DNA of 64,000 bases, taken from contig JAVVGL010000005.1 of assembly GCA_032249135.1 (NCBI GenBank), positions 40,995 to 104,994 of the forward strand, read 5' to 3'. Under the pieces are notes generated by a model that was given only the letters and a program-made list of their open reading frames with translations, did not search any database and was not told the origin of the DNA. Source of the stretch: Candidatus Calescibacterium sp. Lineage in GTDB: Bacteria > Calescibacteriota > Calescibacteriia > Calescibacteriales > Calescibacteriaceae. The translations under genes were made by a program, and so were the position numbers. Below are positions 10,666-21,191 of this stretch, piece after piece (the stretch's first letter is position 1; each line of letters starts with the position of its first letter).

Positions 10666-10681
10666 AAAAAAGAAATAAGTT

Positions 10682-11689
10682 GTGTTTATAAATAAAAAAG
10701 ATAGCGAAATCCTTTCTGGAATAATAGGTATCGGTTCGTATTTGCCTCAGAATATTCTGACAAATTATGACCTTGAAAGAATGGTTGATACAACGGATGA
10801 ATGGATATATTCGAGAACAGGAATAAAGGAAAGAAGAATTGCAGGAGAAAACGAATTTACATCAACTATGGCAGTAAAAGCAGCGGAAAAAGCGATAAAA
10901 ATGTCCGGAATCTCACCTCAGAAAATAGATCTCATAGTTTTTTGCACGATAACGCCAGATTATCCTATACCTTGCACTGCTGGGATTTTATCAAAAGAAC
11001 TCGGAATAAAAAACGCGGGGGGAATGGATATAAACACAGCTTGCTCGGGTTTCATATACGGAATATCAATAGCTGATACATTCTTGAAATCCAAAAAAGC
11101 AAACTATGTTCTTGTTGTATGTTCAGATAAACTTTCGGCAATAACGGATTATCAAGATAGATCAAGTTGCATACTCTTCGGAGACGGAGCGGGAGCAGTA
11201 GTTATGACAAGAACCGAAAAGTTTGGGCTTTTGGACTTCAAACTCGGACTCATAGGAGATGAATACGATAAAATTGTGATACCAGCAGGGGGTTCCCGCA
11301 ATCCTGCATCTGAGAAAACAGTAAAAGAAAGAATGCACTTTATGAAATTGCAGGGGAGGGAAGTATTTAAGCTTGCGGTAAAGTATATGGGGCAAGCTCT
11401 CAAAGAAATTTTGGAAAAAAATGAAATAACAATAGATATGGTAGATTGGATTGTTCCACATCAGGCAAACCGAAGAATAACTGAGGCGATATGTGAACAT
11501 TTCAATATACCAAAAGAGAAAGTTTATGATAACATAGAATTCGTGGGCAACACATCAGGTGGTTCAATAGCTATCGCTCTTGATGAGATGCTTGAAAAGG
11601 GACTTCTGAAAAAAGGGCAACTTATAGCTCTTGCGGCTTTGGGAGCAGGAATAACTTATGGTTCTGCACTGCTTTCCTGGGGTATATAA
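10682..11689 (+). CDS. fabH: 3-oxoacyl-ACP synthase III
   Basis: DTTDEWIYSRTGIKERR, TACSGF (Cys), LFGDGAGA, PHQAN (His), GNTS (Asn). Confidence 0.95.
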   Translation: MFINKKDSEILSGIIGIGSYLPQNILTNYDLERMVDTTDEWIYSRTGIKERRIAGENEFTSTMAVKAAEKAIKMSGISPQKIDLIVFCTITPDYPIPCTAGILSKELGIKNAGGMDINTACSGFIYGISIADTFLKSKKANYVLVVCSDKLSAITDYQDRSSCILFGDGAGAVVMTRTEKFGLLDFKLGLIGDEYDKIVIPAGGSRNPASEKTVKERMHFMKLQGREVFKLAVKYMGQALKEILEKNEITIDMVDWIVPHQANRRITEAICEHFNIPKEKVYDNIEFVGNTSGGSIAIALDEMLEKGLLKKGQLIALAALGAGITYGSALLSWGI

Positions 11690-11754
11690 CCTATAAATTT
11701 TCAGGAAATTCTCAAAAGTCTGTTTCAAATTATTAAATTTTTATTTTATAATTT

Positions 11755-11820
11755 ATTAGAACTTTAAAGATTAGAACTTTAATATTAAAAACTTATAATC
11801 TTTAAGATTTAAAGCTTTAA
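11755..11820. repeat. AT-rich direct repeats and palindromes upstream of gyrB
   Basis: ATTAGAACTTTAA at 11755-11767 and 11770-11782; CTTTAA-gat-TTAAAG 11800-11814; TTAAAGCTTTAA 11809-11820. Confidence 0.55.
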
Positions 11821-11851
11821 GGAAGAACAAAAAAGAAAAGGAGGAACAAAA

Positions 11852-13996
11852 ATGGAGTTCGAAAAAATACAGGAAAAACATACAATAAAACAAAAAGAAA
11901 ATACAAAACAGCAGGAACTGAAATTACAGGAAAAGTTTGAACCTAAAAAAGATAAGAAAAAAGAAAGACACCCTTCTCAGGAATATTCAGCAGAACAAAT
12001 AAAAATACTCAAAGACCTTGAAGCCGTTAGAAAAAGACCTGCAATGTACATAGGTTCCACAGGTCCGCAAGGATTGCATCATCTTGTATGGGAAATTGTA
12101 GATAATGCGGTTGATGAAGCTCTTGCAGGGTTTTGCAATAAAATAATCGTCAGAATCCTTGAAGATGGCTCCTGTGAAGTTGAAGATAATGGGAGAGGAA
12201 TCCCAATTGACATTCATCCAGAAACAGGAACATCAGCCCTGGAAGTAGTATTTACAAAACTGCACGCAGGAGGAAAATTTGAAAAGGGAGTTTATAAGGT
12301 GTCAGGGGGATTACACGGAGTTGGAGCGTCTGTTGTGAATGCTCTATCAGAGGAGCTTGAGGTTTGGGTAAAAAGGGATGGAAAACTTGCATACCAAAAA
12401 TTTAGAAGAGGGAAACCAGTTACTCCAACAAAAATAAAACAGGAAAGTGGTATTGAAGAAACAGGAACACGAGTTAGATTCAAGCCGGACCCTGAAATCT
12501 TTGAAACAACCGAATTCTCCTACGATATAATAAGAGAAAGGTTGAAAGAAATTTCTTACATAATTCCGGGACTGAAAATAATACTGGAAGATAAGAGAAC
12601 GGGACAAAAGGAAACATTTTTCTCAACAGAAGGTCTGTCTGGGCTTGTGAAAGAATTAGCGTCAGAATCTCAGGTGCTATTTAGAAATCCGATTCAAATT
12701 GAGGGGGAAAAAGAAGATGTAAAATTTTCAGCAGCACTTCTTTACAGGGAAGAAAGTGAAGAACTTGTTCTTTCGTTTGCAAATACTATAAGGACAGTGG
12801 ATGGTGGAACCCATCTTACTGGTTTCAAAACGGCTTTAAGTAGAGCAATAAACCAATTTGCTCCCAAAATACTGAAAAAAGATATTGTGTTTTCGGGTGA
12901 AGATATAAGAGAAGGACTTGTCGGAGCAATCTCTGTGTTTTTACCAGATCCACAATTTGAGGGGCAAACCAAAGCAAAACTTGGAAATACGAAGGTAAAA
13001 AGTATAGTTGAATCAGCAGTATATGAGAAACTGGTCAAATTCTTTGAGGAAAATCCCAAAATAATTGAAACAATAGTAAAAAGAGTATTTCAAACTCATC
13101 TTGAAAAAGAAGCAGAGAAAAAAGCAAGAGAAGTTGTAAGGAAAAGGGCAAAAGATGAGATCATTTTACCAGGAAAACTTGCAGATTGTCAGATAAGGGA
13201 TCCAGAAAAAACTGAACTCTTTATAGTTGAGGGTGAAAGTGCAGGGGGGAGCGCAAAGCAGGCAAGAGACAGAAGGTTCCAAGCCATACTGCCCCTCAGA
13301 GGAAAAATCCTGAATGTAGAAAAAGCATCTTTGATAAAAATGTTAAATCATGATGAGATTCAGGCAATAATAGCTGCTTTGGGATGTGGGATAGGAAAAG
13401 ATTGTTCTATCGAAAAATTGAGGTATCACAAAATAATATTGCTCGCAGATGCTGATATAGACGGCTCTCACATAAAAACTCTGCTTTTGACTTTCTTCTG
13501 GCGATATATGAGACCGGTTGTTGAAAATTCTCACCTTTTCATAGCTCAACCTCCTCTTTTTAGAGTAAGAGAGAAAAACCAAGATTTATATCTCAAAGAT
13601 GATACCGAGCTGAAAGAATATATTTTAAAAAGGGGATTAACCAGAATTCTTAAAATCAAAGACGATAAAGAAATTTCCGCAGTAGCGAAAGCTCTGCTTA
13701 AAGGAAAATATGATGAGGTCAAAAAATATGGAGATCCAGAAAAACTATTAGAAGAAGCAGAGCAATTGGGAAGAGACGGAATAATAGTTCAAAGGTTCAA
13801 AGGGCTTGGAGAAATGAATCCGCAGCAGCTTTGGGAAACAACTATGAATCCAGCTACACGAGTTCTCAAAAAAGTTACAGTTAATGATGCTCAAAAAGCT
13901 GACGAACTTTTCACAATTCTTATGGGAGAAAAAGTTGAGCCAAGAAGAGATTTCATCATGAAATACGCTCTTGAAGCTACAACTCTTGATATTTAG
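11852..13996 (+). CDS. gyrB: Type IIA topoisomerase B subunit (DNA gyrase B; ParE not excluded)
   Basis: EAVRKRPAMYIGS, EIVDNAVDE, GGLHGVGASVVNALS, EGESAGGSAK, PLRGKILN, DADIDG, QRFKGLGEMNP. Confidence 0.9.
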   Translation: MEFEKIQEKHTIKQKENTKQQELKLQEKFEPKKDKKKERHPSQEYSAEQIKILKDLEAVRKRPAMYIGSTGPQGLHHLVWEIVDNAVDEALAGFCNKIIVRILEDGSCEVEDNGRGIPIDIHPETGTSALEVVFTKLHAGGKFEKGVYKVSGGLHGVGASVVNALSEELEVWVKRDGKLAYQKFRRGKPVTPTKIKQESGIEETGTRVRFKPDPEIFETTEFSYDIIRERLKEISYIIPGLKIILEDKRTGQKETFFSTEGLSGLVKELASESQVLFRNPIQIEGEKEDVKFSAALLYREESEELVLSFANTIRTVDGGTHLTGFKTALSRAINQFAPKILKKDIVFSGEDIREGLVGAISVFLPDPQFEGQTKAKLGNTKVKSIVESAVYEKLVKFFEENPKIIETIVKRVFQTHLEKEAEKKAREVVRKRAKDEIILPGKLADCQIRDPEKTELFIVEGESAGGSAKQARDRRFQAILPLRGKILNVEKASLIKMLNHDEIQAIIAALGCGIGKDCSIEKLRYHKIILLADADIDGSHIKTLLLTFFWRYMRPVVENSHLFIAQPPLFRVREKNQDLYLKDDTELKEYILKRGLTRILKIKDDKEISAVAKALLKGKYDEVKKYGDPEKLLEEAEQLGRDGIIVQRFKGLGEMNPQQLWETTMNPATRVLKKVTVNDAQKADELFTILMGEKVEPRRDFIMKYALEATTLDI

Positions 13997-14000
13997 TGGT

Positions 14001-14369
14001 GTGATAAAGGGAATAGGGATAGATATAGTTAGAATAAGTCGTTTTGAAAAAGTTTACTTTGCCCATGGGGAGAGATTTTTGAAAAGAGTTTTTTCTGATG
14101 AAGAAATAAAATATATTACGCGCTCGCAAGAGAAATTTTTTGAGAGAATTGCAAGTACATTCTCCGCAAAAGAATCTGTTTTTAAAACAATAGGAATGAG
14201 GAGACCAATAATATTCAAAGAAATAGAAATAATAAGAAAACCTTTCCCATCTGTTTCTCTTTATGGCTTGACAAAAATTGAAGCAGAAAAGAAGGGTATA
14301 TCTCAAATTTTTGTATCAATCACCCATGATGGAGATTTATGTATCTCAATAGCACTTGCAATTGGTTGA
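14001..14369 (+). CDS. acpS: Holo-[acyl-carrier-protein] synthase
   Basis: GTG start: IKGIGIDIV, FSAKESVFK, VSITHD. Confidence 0.9.
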   Translation: MIKGIGIDIVRISRFEKVYFAHGERFLKRVFSDEEIKYITRSQEKFFERIASTFSAKESVFKTIGMRRPIIFKEIEIIRKPFPSVSLYGLTKIEAEKKGISQIFVSITHDGDLCISIALAIG

Positions 14370-14522
14370 AATTTTTTATTTCAGCTATCATTAATGAAAA
14401 CAAGAAGAAAAAAAATTAGGCGATTGAGTTTTGTTATGCATAAGATGCTCCTTTCGGAAGACTCAAAAATGCAAGTTTGTTTTTTCAAGAGTAGAAATAT
14501 TGTGTAAAAGATAAATTTTCTG

Positions 14523-15590
14523 GTGGGAGATAATTTTAAATTTCATATGGAAGAAAAAAGAGAAAGAATAACTCAAGAACTTCCAACAGAAGAATTTAGT
14601 ACATCAAGGGGGAGAAAAATTATAAGGTTATCTGTGAACACTTTACCTTTTCTTTACAACAACATCTATGTTGTGTTGGCTGATGATGGTGTTTTTTTGA
14701 TTGATATGGGATTTATGTCAAATTTAGAAAGTTTCAGAGAAAAATTTGAAAAGTATGTATCACAAAAGTATTCCGTAAATTTAGAAGATGTTAAGGGAAT
14801 TTTTGTCACGCACGCTCATATAGACCATTTTGGTGGACTTTATAACTTTTTGCAGCTTTATCCAAAAACTGAAATCTATGTTCACGAGATTGATTCAAAA
14901 GCTGTTGAAAGATTTCAAGAAGTTCTAATATATGCAAAACATTATCTCTCTATTTTCTTAATAAGATCGGGACTTGATGAGAAAGCTGTTCAAGATTATA
15001 TTTTGATGTACACGGCTTCAAAGGAATTTTTGAGATCTGTGAAAATAACAAAAGCTTTACGAGATGGAGATTTTCTGTATGGATTTAAAGTTGTTCATAC
15101 CCCAGGTCATAGTCCCGGTCACATGTGTCTTATTTTAGACGATGTAATATTTACAGGAGATCATATATTGCCATATATAACTCCTCATCAGTTCCCTGAA
15201 AGTATAATGAGATACACAGGTGTCGGACATTATATTAACTCACTTGAAAGGGTGAGGGAAGAGGTTATAAAAAATAAGATTTCATTTGGTCTTCCGGCTC
15301 ACTACTCAATAATAGAGGATGTTGTAAAGAGAATAGATGAAATAAAAGAGCACCATAATATAAGGTTGAAAAAAATTTTAGATTTGTGTTCCGAACCTAA
15401 AACTATTTTAGAGCTGACTCGTGAAATTTTCCCAGATGCAAAAAAGTATCAGTTTCTTTTGGCAATTGACGAAGTAGGAGCGCATGTTGAATACCTTTGG
15501 GATAGAGGCTACCTTGGAATTGAGAACATAAAAGAATATCTTGAAAACGATGATGTCCCAGCAAGATGGGTAAAAGTGAGGGATTTGTAA
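14523..15590 (+). CDS. MBL-fold metallo-hydrolase with C-terminal winged-helix-like region
   Basis: THAHIDHFGG, HTPGHSPGH, FTGDH, PAH. Confidence 0.88.
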   Translation: MGDNFKFHMEEKRERITQELPTEEFSTSRGRKIIRLSVNTLPFLYNNIYVVLADDGVFLIDMGFMSNLESFREKFEKYVSQKYSVNLEDVKGIFVTHAHIDHFGGLYNFLQLYPKTEIYVHEIDSKAVERFQEVLIYAKHYLSIFLIRSGLDEKAVQDYILMYTASKEFLRSVKITKALRDGDFLYGFKVVHTPGHSPGHMCLILDDVIFTGDHILPYITPHQFPESIMRYTGVGHYINSLERVREEVIKNKISFGLPAHYSIIEDVVKRIDEIKEHHNIRLKKILDLCSEPKTILELTREIFPDAKKYQFLLAIDEVGAHVEYLWDRGYLGIENIKEYLENDDVPARWVKVRDL

Positions 15591-15710
15591 GAAAATAAAA
15601 AAATTTTTAAGAATAAAGAGAAGGAGAGATTTGAGAGGAAATTTGATTTGCATAAATTCAATTTTTCTGTTAAACCTTCAAATCTCCCTGAATGATTTAC
15701 TAAAATTACT

Positions 15711-16664
15711 ATGGAGGTAAGAAATGTTATAATTTTGGGGTCTGGTCCTGCTGGATATACAGCCGGAATATATACTGCAAGAGCTCTCCTGAAACCGCTG
15801 ATTTTAGCTGGAATACAACCCGGTGGACAGCTTATGCTGACAACGGAGGTTGAAAATTTCCCTGGCTTCCCTGATGGCATTATGGGACCGGATTTGATGG
15901 AGAATATGAGAAGACAAGCAGAACGTTTTGGAGCAGAAATCATATATGAGAATGCTGTTGATATTGAGATTGGAAATCCACTTGAGAAAATTCCATTCAA
16001 AGTAAAAACGGATACCGGGAAAGAATTTTTGAGTTGGACTTTAATAATCGCTACTGGTGCAAGCTCAAAAATGCTCGGACTTGAATCTGAAAAAAAGCTT
16101 GTGGGGAGAGGTGTTTCTACATGTGCAACATGTGATGGTGCCTTCTTTAAAAACAAAAGAGTCGTTGTAGTTGGAGGAGGTGATTCAGCTATGGAAGAGG
16201 CTCTGTTCCTTACAAGATTTGCATCTGAGGTGAAAATCATCCACAGAAGAGATAAACTCAGAGCTTCTCCAATAATGCAAGAAAGAGCTTTCAAGAACCC
16301 AAAAATTTCATTTATTTGGAACAGTGTTGTTGTTGATATTCTTGACCCAGAAAAAGGTAAAGTTGAAGCCGTTGTTTTGAAGAATGTTGTAACTGGGGAA
16401 ATTTCTAAGGTAGAGACAGATGGAGTTTTTATTGCGATAGGACACAAACCTAATACTGATTTCCTTAAAGGAAAAATTGAGTTAGATGATCAGGGTTATA
16501 TAATAACGAAAAACGGAACAACAGAAACATCTGTCCCGGGAATTTTTGCAGCAGGCGATGTCCATGATAAAAGATATAGACAAGCCATTACTGCTGCTGG
16601 CTCAGGATGTATGGCTGCTCTTGATGCTCAAAGATTTCTTGAAAATTTAGGAATTTCTCATTAG
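15711..16664 (+). CDS. trxB: Thioredoxin-disulfide reductase
   Basis: GSGPAGYTA, CATCDG, VVGGGDSAMEEA, FAAGDV..YRQAITAAGSG. Confidence 0.97.
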   Translation: MEVRNVIILGSGPAGYTAGIYTARALLKPLILAGIQPGGQLMLTTEVENFPGFPDGIMGPDLMENMRRQAERFGAEIIYENAVDIEIGNPLEKIPFKVKTDTGKEFLSWTLIIATGASSKMLGLESEKKLVGRGVSTCATCDGAFFKNKRVVVVGGGDSAMEEALFLTRFASEVKIIHRRDKLRASPIMQERAFKNPKISFIWNSVVVDILDPEKGKVEAVVLKNVVTGEISKVETDGVFIAIGHKPNTDFLKGKIELDDQGYIITKNGTTETSVPGIFAAGDVHDKRYRQAITAAGSGCMAALDAQRFLENLGISH

Positions 16665-16708
16665 TTAATCTGGGCTTAAACCTAAATTCTCAAAAGCTTA
16701 ATTTAAAA

Positions 16709-19441
16709 CTAAAAGCTTATTCTAAAACTTCTTGTAAGGTCATCTAATTTTATCATAATGTAGCTTATGGATTTATTGAGGGAAAAGTTATTTGCAAGCT
16801 GGAAACTTTCATTTTCAGTTCCACAACCTTGTGATATTTTACCTATGAACAAATTCCCTCCGAATGTTGGATCTTTGAAATAAATATAAAGTAGAGGAAT
16901 TCTCTGCTGAATTATACTCTCAAATAGAAATTTTCCTTTGATATATAAGCAATCATTTTCAAGTTTTTTTATTGTGTTGCCATCAAGAGTTTTTTGACCA
17001 TCGTATTCTGCAAACCTTTCCCCTTCAAAACATACATAGCATTTTCCGGTTTTTGGAATTTTGTCGTTTTCATTTGCTAGCTTTCCAAGTTCTCCTTCTA
17101 TCAAAAGCGAGGGCAAAGAGATTTTTTGATTGAGTTCAGGTTTTTCCAGTATTTCTTTCATATCCGGAATTATATCTGTTATTATGACTTCTGGTAGGTA
17201 AGCTCTGAGTGGTTTTTTTGCATCAAAAAATCCTCCAATATTGAACGAAATAAAATCTGGAAAGATTTCACCTAAATTCAAGCTTTTTAGGAAATCTGGA
17301 ATTAGAACTCGCATTTCAGCAAAATTTACAGGGTCATTTTTTCTTATTTTTGACGATAGATTTACCAGGAAATCCCTGACTCTTTTGAAGTAATTTTCAT
17401 CAAAGAAAGTGGGAATTAGTTCTAAAATATCAAGTAGTCTTGTGTAATTTGTTTGTATTCCTTCTGGTACAGTGTAGAGTTTCCCTGTTGAGAATTTATC
17501 TCCCGGAGAAAATTTACTATCTTCATTTTCATCTTTGACTGAGAAAACATCGTTGTTTTTGGGTTTGAGGAAAATTTCGTCAATAGCCAAAGCTATAAGT
17601 TCAAGAGATTTTATAAGTTCTTGCTTTGCTGAATCAAACTTTTCAGGTCTTATGAAATTGAGGATATTAGAGTTTTCATAGTAGAGTATTCCTGCAAGTC
17701 TTAAAAGTCCTGTTATATCTTCTCCTCCTTTTGCAAGGAAAAGCGGGATAAGATATTTTGAAGTGAGTTCTTTTTGTATATCAAAGTTTATGTCGTGTGA
17801 AAAAATAAAATCAAGGAAAAATTTTGCGATATGTGATGTTGCCATAACAATCACCGGAAGTTCTTTTCCGAATTTTTTGCCTATTCTCACCTCTGATGTG
17901 AAGCTTTGCATATAGATTGGTATGCCATCTTCTTCATAGAACTCGCAAGAGTTTGAATATAGATATTCTGATAAATTTTGAAGTTCCGCTAATTTTTCTT
18001 CTATTGGCATTATATAGTTTTCATAGAGAAGATTTAGGTTAGGTTTCCACTGATATTGATTTTCAGATTTTTCCAATATATTTTTTTGATAAAGCTTATT
18101 ATTTTGATGATCTTTTTTATCTCTTTCTTCTTCTGCTTTTGCTGATAGTAGATATAGGTGTGGACTGAGAGATATAGATATGTTTGATTGAGAAGAATTT
18201 GGAGATACGAGAGATAAAATTCCTGATTCATTAGAAACTATGATTTGACTCAGCATATCAAATGCTTTTGCAAGGAATTTACCATATTCCGTTTCACAAC
18301 TTTTTGACTTTTCACTCTGTTTTGAAAATTCAAGATAAGCTTGTTTGAAAAACCCACGTTTTAAGAAATCACGAGCTTTTTCAAGATGGTTGTAATTATT
18401 AGGAGTATTCTTTTTGAGCTCGCTTACAACTTTTTCGTCTATAAATCCATATTTTTTGAGGAATTCAAGTAATTTTTCTTTTGTTTTCTTCGTGTATTCT
18501 GTTTCGGGAAAGGAATCAAATGCATGAGCTCCATCTTTTACTACGAAGATTTCAGCTTGTTTTCCTTTTTGAACCAGTAAATGATAGAGTTCAACGGATT
18601 GATCAAGAGGGACGAGAAAATCCGCATCTCCGTGTATTATCAGGACAGGGAAATCTACAAAATCAATATAATTTACGGGTGATAATTTTTTTATAGTTTC
18701 CTCTATATTTTCGGATTCAGCTCTTACTGGCTCAAAGTATTTTATATAGGGGTTACCGAAATCATATATTCCATAGAAAGGAATTGCTGCATCTACTTTA
18801 AGTTCGCTTTTTGATTTTTCGTCAAACCATTCGCAGTTTTCAGGTAGGAAATCATTTTTTGAAAATGCTGTGAGAGCTGTGAGGTGTCCGCCTGCGCTTC
18901 CTCCCAAAAGTATTACTTTGCTGCCTATTCCATACTTTTTACCTTCTTTTTTTGCCCACAAGATTGCACATTTTATTTCTTTTACTTGCTCTGAAATTTT
19001 AGCTTTTGGAACTAATGTATATTCAATATCAAACACAGCTATTCCGTTGCATGCAAAAAGCTCTCCCCACCATCTGCCCATCGGGGTTCCTTTGTTTCCG
19101 GCTGTCCATCCTCCGCCGTGAATATGTATTGCAATAGGAAAATTTTTTATGCCATACGGCAAATATAGATCTCCAACTAAATTTGATTTTGAGTTTGAAT
19201 ATTTTATATTTCTTATCAGGGAAAATTGTCCTCCCGTATATTCTTTTCCGAGTTCATCAGAGCATGGAAGCAGGTTATCTTCTATAATTTTTATTATTTC
19301 TTTTGGTATTTCACTTTTGTCTTCCCTATTTTTTTCTCCACAAGCCACAAAGAACGAAAAAGTTAATAATAAAGCAAAAGCAGAGAGAATAATTTTGAAA
19401 ATCAAAGTTGTAAAATTTTTCTTATAGCTTTTATTTCTCAT
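16709..19441 (-). CDS. Lipoprotein: alpha/beta hydrolase (HSL-like esterase) fused to a large unknown C-terminal domain
   Basis: Lipobox FVAC; HGGGW oxyanion motif, GGSAGG nucleophile, HGDADFLVP (Asp), GAHAF (His); about 570 further residues not recognised. Confidence 0.8.
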   Translation of the reverse strand: MRNKSYKKNFTTLIFKIILSAFALLLTFSFFVACGEKNREDKSEIPKEIIKIIEDNLLPCSDELGKEYTGGQFSLIRNIKYSNSKSNLVGDLYLPYGIKNFPIAIHIHGGGWTAGNKGTPMGRWWGELFACNGIAVFDIEYTLVPKAKISEQVKEIKCAILWAKKEGKKYGIGSKVILLGGSAGGHLTALTAFSKNDFLPENCEWFDEKSKSELKVDAAIPFYGIYDFGNPYIKYFEPVRAESENIEETIKKLSPVNYIDFVDFPVLIIHGDADFLVPLDQSVELYHLLVQKGKQAEIFVVKDGAHAFDSFPETEYTKKTKEKLLEFLKKYGFIDEKVVSELKKNTPNNYNHLEKARDFLKRGFFKQAYLEFSKQSEKSKSCETEYGKFLAKAFDMLSQIIVSNESGILSLVSPNSSQSNISISLSPHLYLLSAKAEEERDKKDHQNNKLYQKNILEKSENQYQWKPNLNLLYENYIMPIEEKLAELQNLSEYLYSNSCEFYEEDGIPIYMQSFTSEVRIGKKFGKELPVIVMATSHIAKFFLDFIFSHDINFDIQKELTSKYLIPLFLAKGGEDITGLLRLAGILYYENSNILNFIRPEKFDSAKQELIKSLELIALAIDEIFLKPKNNDVFSVKDENEDSKFSPGDKFSTGKLYTVPEGIQTNYTRLLDILELIPTFFDENYFKRVRDFLVNLSSKIRKNDPVNFAEMRVLIPDFLKSLNLGEIFPDFISFNIGGFFDAKKPLRAYLPEVIITDIIPDMKEILEKPELNQKISLPSLLIEGELGKLANENDKIPKTGKCYVCFEGERFAEYDGQKTLDGNTIKKLENDCLYIKGKFLFESIIQQRIPLLYIYFKDPTFGGNLFIGKISQGCGTENESFQLANNFSLNKSISYIMIKLDDLTRSFRISF

Positions 19442-20784
19442 GTCTTAAATTTAAGCACAATATAAATTATTGCAAGAGAAATATATATAATTGTAGTTAT
19501 AAAAATTGAAATTTTTTCTATTTTTGATTCTTTGAGAGTTTCTGATAGTTTTGGAAGAAAATAAGATTGAGTTATTATAACCATAATGCAAATTGCTCCC
19601 ATTCCAAAAAATCCTACCACTGCTGTGAAAACAATAAGTTCCCCAGGGGGAGCAATCGGTAAAGTGATGCATGTTATTACGGTTATTGCTGTTATAAGAA
19701 TTTTGTAAGCCTTATTTTCGTCTTTTATAATTTTTTCATTTACAAACTTGATGATATCAATGTTTGTTCGTGCAACGGCGTCGGCAGTAGATATCCATGT
19801 ATCAACCAAAAATAAAGCGGAAGCAAACAAAAAAATTCTTCTTCCGAGTTCTCCGCCCCATTCTGCAAAGAACTCTGCTTGAACAACCGCAATTTTATAT
19901 TCCGTAGGAAAAAGACCTTTTGGATTAAGTATTGCAAATGCCAGAAGTGTTGTCATAATTGTTGTTATTAAGTTCCCTACAACTCCAACCGATGAATCAA
20001 GCAATAGAGCTTTCTTCCAGATTGATATTTTATTTTTGGGTGTATCTTTTGAAGGTATGAAACCGGAGATGAATTTATTTTGGGTTAGCTTTGCCATTCC
20101 CATTCCTTTCCCTAAAATCCAGTATGAGTAAAAGAGCGACCAGAATCCGCCAAGCCCCATAAAAGTTATAGCTGTTATAACTTTCTCGTAGTCTTCTTTT
20201 TCTATGACTTTAAGGTTTGGCTTGAGGAAACTTGCGAAAAAATCGGGTATTTTTTCCAGAACCGTTCTATAAGAGCAAGATATAACAAGTCCCACGAATG
20301 TTCCTATTGCCACAAACATCATAATTTTTTCTATCACATCATATACTTTTTTTGATTTCATAAGTACTATATACATTCCTAAAATAAGCAAGTATCCCCA
20401 GAGTATTGATTCGGCTTTCCTTGATATTCCAAAAGGTATGAGTTCAGATAAAGCTGTTCCTCCTGCAACCACAAATGAACCGAACCAAAAGAACGAAAAG
20501 TTCATCATAATCCAGAGAAAAATTGAAAAATACTTGTTTGCTCTCAAAAATCCTCTCCATATACTCTCACCTGTAAGCAGTGAATACCTTCCGATGTAAT
20601 AAGTTAGTGGGAGTTGCACGAGAGCGGAGGGGATGAGTAAAAACAAAAGAGCCCCTCCGTATTTTGCAGCAAGATATGGCCACCATATAAGTTCTCCCGA
20701 ACCTTGGGCAAGTGCAAGCCATATTATCCCTGGACCTAAAATTTTTAAAAACCCCGGAAATTCCGGAATTTTTTCTTCTTTCAT
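19438..20784 (-). CDS. Nramp-superfamily divalent metal/solute transporter (YcsG-like)
   Basis: LGPGIIWLALAQGSGELIWWP, many TM helices, YSYW. Confidence 0.75.
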   Translation of the reverse strand: MKEEKIPEFPGFLKILGPGIIWLALAQGSGELIWWPYLAAKYGGALLFLLIPSALVQLPLTYYIGRYSLLTGESIWRGFLRANKYFSIFLWIMMNFSFFWFGSFVVAGGTALSELIPFGISRKAESILWGYLLILGMYIVLMKSKKVYDVIEKIMMFVAIGTFVGLVISCSYRTVLEKIPDFFASFLKPNLKVIEKEDYEKVITAITFMGLGGFWSLFYSYWILGKGMGMAKLTQNKFISGFIPSKDTPKNKISIWKKALLLDSSVGVVGNLITTIMTTLLAFAILNPKGLFPTEYKIAVVQAEFFAEWGGELGRRIFLFASALFLVDTWISTADAVARTNIDIIKFVNEKIIKDENKAYKILITAITVITCITLPIAPPGELIVFTAVVGFFGMGAICIMVIITQSYFLPKLSETLKESKIEKISIFITTIIYISLAIIYIVLKFKT

Positions 20785-21191
20785 AAATTTTCTTTACTCT
20801 ATCTCTTTTTCTTTATTTTCTTGCCCCTTTTCTTCGTATTAATTTTTCCCATAACAAGGAATAAAAAGATAATGAAAAATGCAGAAGTTAAATTTTCTCT
20901 TAAAATTATAGGTGTATTTGCAAAAGTTGTAGTTCTATTTTTGATCTTCGCAAAATCCACAATTTTTGTGTTCTACAAAAATAGATAAGCTATTCTCTTT
21001 AAGATATAGATACAGATGTGAAAGTTATTTTACTGTTGGAAAATCTGTTGTTTCATGAACTGGAACTATTACAGCTGATAGCAAAAATATAATGTCAAGT
21101 TTAAAGCTAATGGTACAAGCAAGATATGCGATGAGGCAAGTAAATGCAAGAGCTTTTCTTAATTTGCAATTTGTTGTATAATTCTAATTCT

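Noticed and set aside
15509-16447. 312-aa minus-strand ORF
   Set aside because: Antisense shadow of trxB with no motifs. The same applies to the many other short antisense ORFs in the track.
20830-21190. Possible decayed membrane-protein gene downstream of the DUF1641 gene
   Set aside because: Short hydrophobic frames exist on the minus strand but have no recognisable family or start, so they cannot be supported.
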